Source of the DNA: Lama glama
Taxonomy: Eukaryota
Direction of reading: 5' to 3'
Length of the DNA: 64,000 nt
Assembly (NCBI GenBank): GCA_028534125.1
Contig: CM052816.1
Span: 6,450,001 to 6,514,000, forward strand
In this document: positions 1 to 11,481 of the stretch, one piece after another
Position numbering within the stretch: the stretch's first letter is position 1
Layout of the letters: every line of letters begins with the position of its first letter
Translations under genes and position numbers: made by a program
Notes under the pieces: model-generated
Databases searched by the model: none
Seen by the model: the letters and a program-made list of their open reading frames with translations, nothing else
Told to the model about the DNA's origin: nothing

Positions 1-1175
1 GGTACTGTGCCCTGAACGATGAGTTCCCTTGTTTTGTTTTTTTTTTATCATTTTTGCCTCATACATCCCAGGCTGGGTGCTGGAGAAGCCAGTAACTGGG
101 AAGTGCCAAAGGGTACAACAACAAAAACAAAAGACACAACAGAAGCCTGCCAAAGGAAAAGGAAAGGGGCCCACTTCCCTTCCCCTCTGTGCGGTACAAC
201 AGGAGGCCCAGCGGGCTCACCAGCGGTGACAAGGCCACTCCTCTGCCCTAGTGTCAGTGGGCGCACAGAGGAGAAGTAAGGAAGGTTCTTACCTCTTCCA
301 GCCAGGGAGGTCTTAGTGGAAGCCTAGTGGCACAGGACAAGTCCCAGCAAGGCCCGGTAATGAGGACCCCCTCACCCTCAGGTGCAAACGGAGGCCAAGT
401 GAGAAACCTGGGCTTCTACTCTGAACTGGCAGCAACGAGGCAAAACCCTCTCACTCATCTACTGCCCGACTAATGTCAGAAATGCCGCTTAAAACACTAG
501 GTATAAACAAGATCTAGAAAGAAACATTATATCCCAAATATTCAGTTTTCAATTAAACACCACTCAACATACCAAGAAACAGGAAGCCCTCAAACTAAAT
601 GAAAAAACAATGAACAGATCGCAACACTGAGATGAACGAGAGGCTAAGCTTACCTGGCAAAGGTTTCACAGCAACCATCATAAAAAGGCATCAAGTAATT
701 AGGCATATTTGAAACGAATGAAAAAAAATAAAGTCTCAACAAAGAAACAGATAGAAAGAACCAAATGCAAGCTATATAACATCAACTATAGTAACTGAAA
801 GAAAAGTCAATGAGTGGACTTGAAAAAAATGTGGGAGAAAGAAGGAAGAAACAGTGAGTCGGAACAAAGAATACAAATTACCCAATATGAACAGAGAAAA
901 TAGACAAAAAATAAAAAGAGGCTCAGGGACTTACACGTCTGTAAAAAAAAAAAGATTTAACATTTATGTCATCAGAGTCTCAGGAGTAACTCAAATTACA
1001 GGATTTTTTCTGACTACAATGGAATCAAACTATAAATCAGTAACAAAAAGATAACAGACATATCCAAACATGTGAAAACTGAACAGCATACCTCCAAATA
1101 ATCCAGGGTCAAAGAGGGAGTCACAAGAGAAATTTAAAAAAATGAACTGAACTGAGTGAAAATAAAAATATGACA
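1..1175 (+). mobile_element. Old LINE-1 fragment (5'UTR/ORF1 remnant joined to ORF2 endonuclease-region remnant)
   Basis: A-rich strand; ORF1-like 'cgcaacactgagatgaacgagaggctaagcttacctggcaaagg'; ORF2-like 'ttctgactacaatggaatcaaactataaatcag' (SDxNGIKL) near 1010. Confidence 0.75.
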
Positions 1176-1179
1176 TAAC

Positions 1180-2130
1180 TCATGAAAGGAGACACGCACA
1201 TGACAAGTAAGCATATGAGGAGACGCGCCATACCATACATCATCAAGAAGATGCAAATTAAAGCAACAACTATCAGAATGGTTAACGTCCAAAACACTGA
1301 ATACACCCAGTGCTGGTGAGAATATAGAACACAGGTACCCTCATTCACTGCTTGTGAGGATGCAAAACGGTACAGCCACTCTGGAAGACAGTTTTGTGGT
1401 TTCTTAAACAACTAAGCATAGTCTTACCTTATGATCCAGTAATCACATTCCTTGGTCTTTACTCAAAGGTGTTGAAAGTTTCTGTCCACACAAAAATCTG
1501 TACACAGATGTTTATAGTAGCTTTCTATTCATAACTGCCAGAACCTGAAAGCAAACAAGATATCCTTCAGTAGGTGAATGAATAAATAAACTGTGGTACA
1601 TGCAAACATTGAAATATTATTCAGCACCGAAAAGAAATGAACTATTTAGACCTGAAAAGACATGGAGGAATCTCGAAGTGCATATTAATAAATAAAGGAA
1701 ACCAATGTGAAAAGGCTACATACTATATAATAATTTCAACTATATAACATACTGGAAAGGGTAAACCATGGAGATAGCAAAAAGATAAGCAGTTGCCAGG
1801 GGTTAAGGAGAGGGAGACAGGCAGAGGCAGAGCACAGAGGGTTTTTAGGGCAGCTAAACTATTACATATGATACAGCAATGGTGTTTACCTGTTATTATA
1901 TGTTTGTCAAAATCTATCGAATGTACAATACCTAGAGTGAACTGTAATGCAAACCATGGGCTTTGGGTGATCCCGATGTGTCAATGGAGGGGCATCAGTT
2001 TTAATAAATGTGCCACTCTGGTGGGCATGTTGTTAATTACGGACACTGTGCAGGTATGGGGGCAGGGGACATGAGGGAAATCTCTACCTTCTTTTTAACT
2101 ATGCTGTGAACTGGAAACTACTCATAAAAG
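1180..2130 (+). mobile_element. L1MC-type 3' end inserted into the older L1
   Basis: ORF2 C-terminus and 3'UTR motifs ('ggtacagccactctggaagacagttt', 'tgtcaaaatctatcgaatgtacaatacctagagtgaactgtaatg', 'tgctgtgaactggaaactactc'); host ORF2 resumes near 2140. Confidence 0.8.
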
Positions 2131-2134
2131 CCAT

Positions 2135-2975
2135 AAACAAATGAACACAACTTATCAAAATTTGTGTGGCACAGCTAAAAACACTGCTGTGAGGAAAACT
2201 CATATCACTAAACGCATACACTAGAAAAGAGAAAAAAAAAACCTCTCACATCAATAGTTGAAACTCAAGAACCTAGAAAGTGTAGAGCAAAATCAGGTGA
2301 AATCAAGCAGAAGAATGAAAACGGAAACAGAAAAATGGAGAAAAATTAGTGAAATAAACAGCTGGTTCTTTGAAAAGGTCAAAATTGACAAGCCTTTAGC
2401 AAGACTGACAAGCACAAAAAAGGAGAAGATATAAATTATTATTATCAGTAACGACATGGGCTATTATTGTAGACCCTGCACACATAAAATAATAAAGGAA
2501 TATTATGAACAACCCTACACACACAAATTTGAAGACAAATGAAATGGACCAATTCCCGGAAGCTACCGTAATAAACTCAGTATGAAACAGTATGAACAGC
2601 CTAACAACTGTTAAGAAAATGAAATTCATAATTTGAGAACTCCCAATGAAGTAACCTCCACGCCCAGAATATTTTTCCCTGAAAAATTTTTACCAAATTA
2701 TTAAAAAGAAGTAACACCAATTCTACACCACCTCTTCTAGAAGACAGAGGAGGAGCAAACACTTTCTAAACTCTTTATGAGGCTGGTATCACCCTGATGC
2801 CAAACCAAAGTCAGTACAAAGAAAACTACAGACCACTGTCTTCTATGAATATTGTCAAAAAAATCCTTAACAAAATATTAGCAAAATAATTCAACAATAT
2901 ATAAAAATAGTTATACACCATGATCAAGCACCATTTATTCCAGAGATGAAAGGCTGGTTCAATGTTCAAAAATCT
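2135..2975 (+). mobile_element. Continuation of old L1 ORF2 (linker to start of RT)
   Basis: 'gctggttctttgaaaagg', 'aaaactacagaccactgtc', 'caccatgatcaagc...ggctggttcaa' match decayed L1 ORF2 motifs. Confidence 0.85.
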
Positions 2976-5900
2976 CTTGATGACAGTGTAGGAAATCCTG
3001 AACTCACTTCCCCCCATAAACATAACAAATCTAAACATGGAACAACTTCCTTGGAACAGGACCTGAAACCTGGATGAACAGAGCCTCCACAACAAAGGGT
3101 AAAAGGTCAGCATCAAACAGGTAGGAGAGGCAGAGACACGGCCTCGCCAAGGAAAACCCACACTGTAACTGCGGCAATTCACAAGTGACAGAGATCACAA
3201 AGGCACAAGTATTTTCTCTGAGAAATGAGTGATTCAAGTTCCACATCAAGCACCCCAACCCCTAGATCCTGCACAGGAGAGACAAGTTCCCCCAACCACT
3301 GCCAAAAGCACTCAGTCCTGAATATCAGTGGGGAATGTGCTGCCCAGAAGCTATAAAGCTGCAGTGAATGGAAAATTCACACTGATAGGCTTGTGTGCAG
3401 AGTCACTTGACCTGTAAAACAGTGCAAAAACTAAAAAGTGCATAGACCAGAGATGAAGAGAATTCACTTACTAATCTTGAAGCATCGATTCAATAGGCAG
3501 GAATCAGTTGGGACACTCCCTGGGGATGGAGTTACTTGAAACAGCCATTTATGTGATCTCAGTTTACCTTGTTAATACCAACGCTGGGGGTGTCATTTAA
3601 GAATTCCCCATCTACCTGTTAGTGCCAATTGGCACAGCCACTGAAAGCCCTACTTACTGCTGCACCTCTGCCCAGCCTTACAGCTGGCTGAGCATTGCCA
3701 CCACCCACCAGCACACTGTGACAGCTGCGGCCCCGCCAAAACAGGAGGCCAGACTCAGTCCATGCAGGGAACAATTACTGAGGGCCGAAGTCTGGTGGCC
3801 AGGTGGGAGTGCACTTCTGAGCCCCAAAGGACACCTCGTACATAAGGTCACTCCTTCAAGACTAGGAGAGGTATCTTATAATATAGATATCTTATATATC
3901 TAACACATAGAAATAAACACATAAAATGAGACAAAATGAGGAGATAGGGGAATATGTTCCAACTGAAAGGACAAGAAAAAACCTCAGAAAAATAACTAAA
4001 CAAAATGGAAATAAGCACTCCACCTGATAAAGAGCTAAAAATAATGATTATAATAATGCTCACTAAAATTGGAAAAAGAATGGGTGAACACAGTGAGAAC
4101 TTGAACAAAGAAATGGAAAATATTAGAAAGTACCAAGGAGACGTTATAAGAACTTGGAAAAATGTAAGATGGGTTCAACAGAACACTAAATGAGATAGAA
4201 TAATGAAACAATGAGCTGGAAGACCAAACAATGGAACTCATCCAAACAGAACAGCACAATGAGAAATAAAATCGAATGGGAAGATACCTTAAAGGACCAC
4301 TGGGGAAACACTGAACATACTAACATTCGCATTATAGCAATCCCAAAAGGAGACGTGACAGTGAAAGGGCTACAAAAGTTCTTCGAAAAAACAGTGCCTA
4401 ATATGAGAAGTCCCTAATATGGGGAAGGAACTAGAAATTGAGGTCTAAGAAGTCCAGAGAATTCCGAATAAGATGAATTCAAAGAGATACACAATAAGAC
4501 ACATTATAAGTAAAATGATTAAATTTAAGGATAAAGAAAGAATCCTAAAAACTGACAGAGAAAAATAATTGTTTACATACAAGGGAAACCTTATAAGCCA
4601 ATGAGCAGACTTCCCCCAGAAACTTTACAGGCCAGAAGGAAGTGAGTGGCATACTGGCATGACACATTCAAAGTGCTGAAAGGGAAAAAAAAATTCTAAA
4701 AAATAATTGTCTACCCAGCAAGGTTATCATTCAGAATTCAAGAGTTTCTTAGATAAGCAAAAGCTAAAGAAAGGAATTCATCACCACTCAGCTGGCCCTA
4801 TGAGATATGTTACAGAGACTTCTTTAAGCTGAAAAAAAAAATGGCACTAACTAACAACAAGAGAATATACAAAAGTAAAAATGGCACGTAAAAGGTAAAT
4901 ATATAATAAAGGTAGTGAATCAATCACTTATACAACAAGCATGAAGATTAAAAGACAAAAGTAGTAAAAATAACTAACATTAAATAGTCAAGGGATGCAT
5001 AAAAAAAGATGTAAAATGTGTCATGAAAAGTATAAAATGTTGCGGGGTGGGGGGAGTAAAATTTCATCACATTCCAAAGCTTTACATTTAAGTTGCTACC
5101 AACTGAAAACAGGCTTTGCCTGTAAGAGACCCACTTCAGAAGAAACTTCAAGAACACATAGATTGAAAGTGAAAAGATACAGAAAGATATTCCATGCAAA
5201 TGGCAATGAAGAGAAAGGTGGAGTAACTGCTCACATTAGACAAAAAAGACTTTAAAACAAAGACTCTACTGAAAGACAAAGTATGGCATTACATGATGAT
5301 ACAGGGGGTAATCCTGCAAAAGTTACATTTATAAATGCATATGCACCCAGAGGATCGCCAAAATATATAAAGCAAATACTAACAGACTCAAAGGAAGACA
5401 TTGACAGTGAAAAGTAATAGCAGAGGACTTTAACATCTTACTTATGTTAATAGATAGCTCATCCAGGTGGATGATTAGGAAACACTGGATTTAAATGATA
5501 CATTATATCAGATGAAATTAAAAGATATATAAAAATTCCATTCAAAAGAAGCAAAACACACAATCTTCTGAAGGGATGTGGGACATTCTGCAGGAGAGAT
5601 CACATGTTAGGCCACAAAACAGTTCTCAATAAATTCAAGAAGAATGAAATCATATCAGGCATCTTTTCTAACCACAATGGTATAAAACTAGAAATCAATC
5701 ACAAGAAAAAAAAAAAGAAAAGAAAAAAACCCACAAAAACTTAGAGATTAAACAACATATTTCAGAACAACCAACAGTTCACTGAGGAAATCAAAGTAGA
5801 AATTAAAAAATATCTAGAAACAAATGAAAACAGAAACATAACACACCAAAACCCGTTTTGCTGTATCCCATGTATTTCAAGAAAGAAGTTCAGGACAACA

Positions 5901-7075
5901 CAGGCTAAAAAGACAATAGAAAGAATCAGTGAAACAAACAGCCGGTTTTTTGAAAAGATAAACAAAATTTTAGATAGACTAAGCAAGAATAAAAGAGAGA
6001 GGATCCAAATAAATAATATCAGAAATAAAAGAGGAGCAGCCATGATGGACACCACAGAAACACAACAGAGCATACGAGACTACCATGAGCAACTGTACAC
6101 CAGCGCACGTGGGCTACCCAGGAGAGATGAGTATGTTCCTAGAAACACGAAATATTCAAAGACTAAATCATGAACAAATGAAAATCTGAATAGACTGATT
6201 ACTATTAAGGACACAGAGATGTTAACAAAAATCTCCCAACAAACAAAAGCTCAGCACCAGATGGCTTCACTGGCGATTTTGACAGAACATTCAAGGAAGA
6301 CTTAATACCCATCCTTCTCAAACTCTTCCAAAAAACAGAAGAGAGAAAACTTCCAAACACATTTTACAAAACCAACATCCCTGATCACAAAAACGAGATA
6401 AGGACACCACACACACACACACAATTACAGGCAAGTCTCTTTCATGAACATAGATGCAAAAATCTTCAACATCATATTAGCAAATTGAATCCCACAATGA
6501 TTATACACCTTGATCAAGCAGGATATATTCCAGGGAAACAAGGAGTTTTTTGTGGATCTGACTCGAAAGTTAAGGGAAGAAAAAGCAAAAGCAAAAATGA
6601 ACAAATGGAACTATGTCACTAAAAAGCTTCAGCACAGTAAAGGAACCATCACCAAAATGAAAGATAACCTGCTGAATGGCAGAAGATATTTTCAAATCAT
6701 ATATCCAAAAAGGAGTTAATATCCTAGACATGTTAAAAAAAATCTGGAGAACAACAACAATTAAAGAATGGGCAGATGAGCTGAATATTTATTTTTCCAA
6801 AGAAGATAAACAGACGGTCAACAGACATGTGAATATCCAACATCACTAATTTTTAGGGAAAAGAAAACCAAAATTACAATGAGATATCACCTCATACCTG
6901 TTAGAATGGCTTTTATCCAAAAGATCATGAATAACCAGTGTTGGAGGGGATGTGGAGAAAAGGGAACTTCTGTACACTCTTGATAAGGCTGCAAACTGTT
7001 GCAGTCACAATGGAAAACAGTATGGAAATTCCTCAGAAAATTAAGAATAGAACTATTAGATAATTCAAAGTATTC
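2976..7075 (+). mobile_element. Decayed LINE-1 (L1M2/L1MA-like): 5'UTR ~2976-3900, ORF1 ~3930-4830, ORF2 ~5080-7075 with most of RT deleted
   Basis: ORF fragments 'PDKELKIMII..', 'NIRIIAIPKG', 'THRLKVKRYRKIFHANGNEEKGGV'; jump near 6540 from early RT to the ORF2 C-terminal region. Confidence 0.9.
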
Positions 7076-8364
7076 AACTGCTTATGAATCTATGATTATC
7101 TCAAAATAAAAAGTTTAACTAAAAACTTACTGTAGGAGATAGAGGCATATGTTTCTAGAGAAGTAAATGACTTCTACAACACTAGACTGTTGGTATATTT
7201 GAAGGGATGTACAAAACAGCTCCTGCCCTACGAGTTACCAGATGCTAGCATGTTACCTGGCACCTCAGACTAGCATCATGTCATACCGTTTGACTGTTTT
7301 TCTGTATCCCTCTGATCCTCTTTGTTGCTCCTCTCTCTTTATCATCACCTATTTTCTCTTTATCTCCTAGACCCTATTATTCCTTTCCTCATTTATCAAA
7401 AGATACTTCAAAGCTTTGATCAAATTTATTAACTCCAGAAAGAGAACATAAAAAGTAAATGTTTACATGATTTTATGTAGAAGGAAAAGTCACCAAGACA
7501 GAGAAGATCTGGGGTCTTACTTCAGTTTGCTGTTTCCCTGGGGAGTGATCCAGGGTGAATAATTTGATAGCAGTACGTCTCAGTTGCTGTGACATGATTA
7601 GACTTCCTCTCTTTTCTACCTTTTAAGCATGGTTCTAAGAATAAATGAAATAATGGAAGTTGTGATGGTGGTCTCCAGGCAGCCTAAGTGCCCCTGCCTT
7701 TCAGGGATGCTGTCATTCAAGCAGAGCTCCTGGACATAAGAGGAAAAGGTGGTCTGACAGCATAGGTGGTACCAGTTAATTACCATTCTTTGAGCTAGAA
7801 TGATTATTAGTCTGAGAATAAACACTGAATGGCTAATTCAGTTTTATCTGTCTTCAGCAGAATTTTAATTTGCATACTTTATGACACTAATATTTGTAGA
7901 GTACCCAGTAGATAGCTTTTAAAGTCAGTCTTTCTCTCCAATCTTTCAATGCAGTATGAGAATAAATTAGGTTTTCATTCCTCTCCTTCCCCCTAAAATT
8001 TCTTTTCCCTCTGGGGATTGTTATATATTTTTTCACATTTCTATAATCCACTTGCTTATTAATTTAACATTTGTTTAGCTGACTCTGGGCAAAGTCCATG
8101 GCAGAAACTCTGGGGGAACTAGCCCTCAGGAATCAGGCGTGCCCACAGACTAAACTGAACACTCCCTTTTCTTTCACACTGAAGACGAGAATCAACCTCT
8201 ATCTGCAGCTGTCCAAGCACGACGTCATTCTAGATCTTCATGTGCTGGACGTGGTGCTCCTTTTGCCTGGATTTTCTCTCTCTCTCTTTTTTTTTTTTTA
8301 ATAGACCTGACAATCTTTAAGATTTGGCTTAAATTTCATCTCTTATTTGAAGCCATGAATCTCT

Positions 8365-8750
8365 CAAGATTATTTTGATTGCAACTGGCAGAAAACCCAA
8401 TTCAAACTGGCTTATATTTTAAAAGGGCATTTATTGTCTTGTGTAGGTGAACAGTCCTGAGGGAAATCTGGGTTCAAGAATGGCTTGTTTCTAGACAGTA
8501 TCACCAAGAAACAGGTTTTTATTTCTTGTATTTTTGTCCTTCTACACAGACTCCAGACACTTACAAACAGACTCCATAAACTGTTGGTTTCACAACTTAG
8601 GAGAAGACAAGAGTGCCTTTCCATAAATCTCAGGGAAAGGTTTTATTGTTTCTCATTGGCCTGGATTGCATCTCATGACCATCCTTGAACCCGTGACTGT
8701 TTTCAGGAGAATGCAGGACTCTGATGGGTCATGCCTAATCACATGACAGT
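8365..8750. mobile_element. Ancient MaLR LTR (MLT1J/K-like)
   Basis: 'ttgcaactggcagaaaacccaattcaaactggctta' and 'tctcattggcctggattgcatctcatgaccatccttgaacc' resemble MLT1 motifs. Confidence 0.6.
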
Positions 8751-9209
8751 CCTGTTGACCTGTGGGTATTTGAGCATCTCTTCATTCCTACTCTCTGGTA
8801 CTGCTTTTTTTTTTGCTCCATTTGTACTTAGAAAACTGTATATGCTTGGAAATGTACTGTGGCAGGAGAGATGTAGAAAAGCAACGAGGCATGGTGATAG
8901 GAAAGACTATCTGTACGAGACTTACTTGTAAAGATATTAATAAATATTTTTTGTCGCTGAGTTTCTCTGCCCAAAGTATCACAAGCAACACAGAACTGTA
9001 GTCTAAAAGAGGAGATATGGCCAACTCCCAAGAGTCGTGTTGTCAAACGTGACTGCAATTAAAGCACATTTATAATGTAGCAGATATTTTGCTGAGGACT
9101 TGACTAACATTTTGTATTTAAACCACACAATACAGTAATGTATAGATGGGAACAGAGAAATCTGAAGCAAATAGATTTCTCAGTCTTTCAGTAAGTATAT
9201 GACTATGTT

Positions 9210-9949
9210 AAAATATGAATCCACTGTGCCAAGAGATAAGACTACAACTATGTACAAAATCCAGAAAGGTGCTGCCCTTACGGAGTAATACAGCCTCGGA
9301 AAGAGAAAGACCTTATTTAAATAATCACGCATATAAACATCACATTACATAGTGAAGGGTTCACAGTGGAGCAGCACAGGATGTTATGAGAATATATAGT
9401 AGGGCATATCTGGGCCATCAGGAAAGGTTCTTCTAGGGGAGTTATGTTTGAATAAAGACTCTGGGGATGGATCTCAGGTTAAGAAGAAGGAGAAAGGAGA
9501 AATATTCCATATAGAGGACACAGTGTGGTCAGATGTTCCGAGGTGCAAGGGAATATGATATGTTTGAGGATCTGAAAGAAGGCCAGAGCTGCTGGGCTAC
9601 TGAGACACAGCCTGGACTGTGGACAGGCCAGTGTGAAATCGGACTTGGGGAGATGGTGGCCCCCCTTATGGGACTTTGGTAGGCTATGGCATGTATTTAG
9701 ATTTTAGAGTAACCAAAACAGCTGCAGGATTTTGAGCATACAAATGACCTGATTAGACTGTATTGTAAGCAAGAAAGAAGCTAGGAGTGGGACCAACTAG
9801 GAATATACCATATAGTCCAGGAGACAGTTTGCTGTGGTGTCAGCAATAGATGGAGAGAAATACTGATTCAAGTGATTATCAGGGGGGAAAATCAGAGGTA
9901 CTTGGTCATGACACTAGGTTTTGGAGTGTTGTGGGAGGGCGGGATGAGA
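9210..9949 (-). mobile_element. L2 fragment
   Basis: Purine-rich antisense L2 pattern ('gctgcccttacggag', 'tgtttgaggatctgaaagaaggccag', 'gattttgagcatacaaatgacctgattagact'). Confidence 0.65.
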
Positions 9950-10449
9950 NNNNNNNNNNNNNNNNNNNNNNNNNNNNNNNNNNNNNNNNNNNNNNNNNNN
10001 NNNNNNNNNNNNNNNNNNNNNNNNNNNNNNNNNNNNNNNNNNNNNNNNNNNNNNNNNNNNNNNNNNNNNNNNNNNNNNNNNNNNNNNNNNNNNNNNNNNN
10101 NNNNNNNNNNNNNNNNNNNNNNNNNNNNNNNNNNNNNNNNNNNNNNNNNNNNNNNNNNNNNNNNNNNNNNNNNNNNNNNNNNNNNNNNNNNNNNNNNNNN
10201 NNNNNNNNNNNNNNNNNNNNNNNNNNNNNNNNNNNNNNNNNNNNNNNNNNNNNNNNNNNNNNNNNNNNNNNNNNNNNNNNNNNNNNNNNNNNNNNNNNNN
10301 NNNNNNNNNNNNNNNNNNNNNNNNNNNNNNNNNNNNNNNNNNNNNNNNNNNNNNNNNNNNNNNNNNNNNNNNNNNNNNNNNNNNNNNNNNNNNNNNNNNN
10401 NNNNNNNNNNNNNNNNNNNNNNNNNNNNNNNNNNNNNNNNNNNNNNNNN
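9950..10449. other. Assembly gap (500 N)
   Basis: Run of N. Confidence 1.
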
Positions 10450-11439
10450 GGAAAAATGTCTGTTCAGATCCTCTGCTCATGTTTTAATCACATTGTTTGG
10501 ATTTTTAAAATCCTTTAGAGTTTTATGAGTTCCTTATCTATTTTGGATATGGATCCCTTATCAGTATATGACTTGCAAATATTTTTTCCTATTCTGTAGG
10601 TTGCCTTTTCGTACTATTGATGGTTTCTTTTGCTGTGCAGGAAGAAGCTTTTTAGTTTGATGTAAGTCCACGTGTTTATTTTTAATGCTTTTGGTGTCAT
10701 ATTCAAAAAAATTGTTGCCAACACTCATGTCAGGAAGATTTAAGTTAATTTTTGTGACTGTGTAAGAGAGGGATCCAATTTCATTTTTCTGCATGTGGTT
10801 ATCCGGTTTTCCCAGCACCATTTATTAAAGAGACTGTGCTTTCCTCATTGAGTATTCTTTGCTCCATTGTCAGATGTTAGTCAGTTGTATATGTGGGAGT
10901 TTATTTCTGGGCTCTTGATTCCATTCTGTTGGTATATATGTCTGTTTTTATGCTAGGACCACACTGTTTTGATTACTGTAGCTTCGTGGTATAGTTTGAA
11001 ATCCAGAAGTGTGATGCCTCCAGCATTATTGTGCCTCCTCAGAACTTCTTTGGCTATTTAGGGTCTTTTGTGGTTCCATATCCAGTTGGTATTTCTTTTT
11101 TCTGTTTCTGTGAAAAATACCATTGGAATTATGATACAAATTGTATTAAATCTTTAAGTGGCTTTGGGTAATATGGACACTTAAACAATGCTGACTCTGA
11201 TCCCTGAACATGGGATAGCTTTCCATTTATTTGTGTGTTCTTCAGTTTCATTCATCAGTGTATACATCTTTCACTTCCTTGGCTAAATTTATTCTTGTGC
11301 ATTTTATTCTTTTTTATGCTATTATAAATAAGATTGCTTTCTTTATTTTTTTTAGATATTGTATTGTTAGTATATACAAATACAACTGACTTTTGTATGT
11401 TGATTTCATATCCTGCAACTTTAGTGAGTTTATTAGTTC

Positions 11440-11481
<42 letters not shown>

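Noticed and set aside
9850..10528. Long ORFs (188-222 aa) in the ORF track
   Set aside because: Artefacts of translating through the N gap
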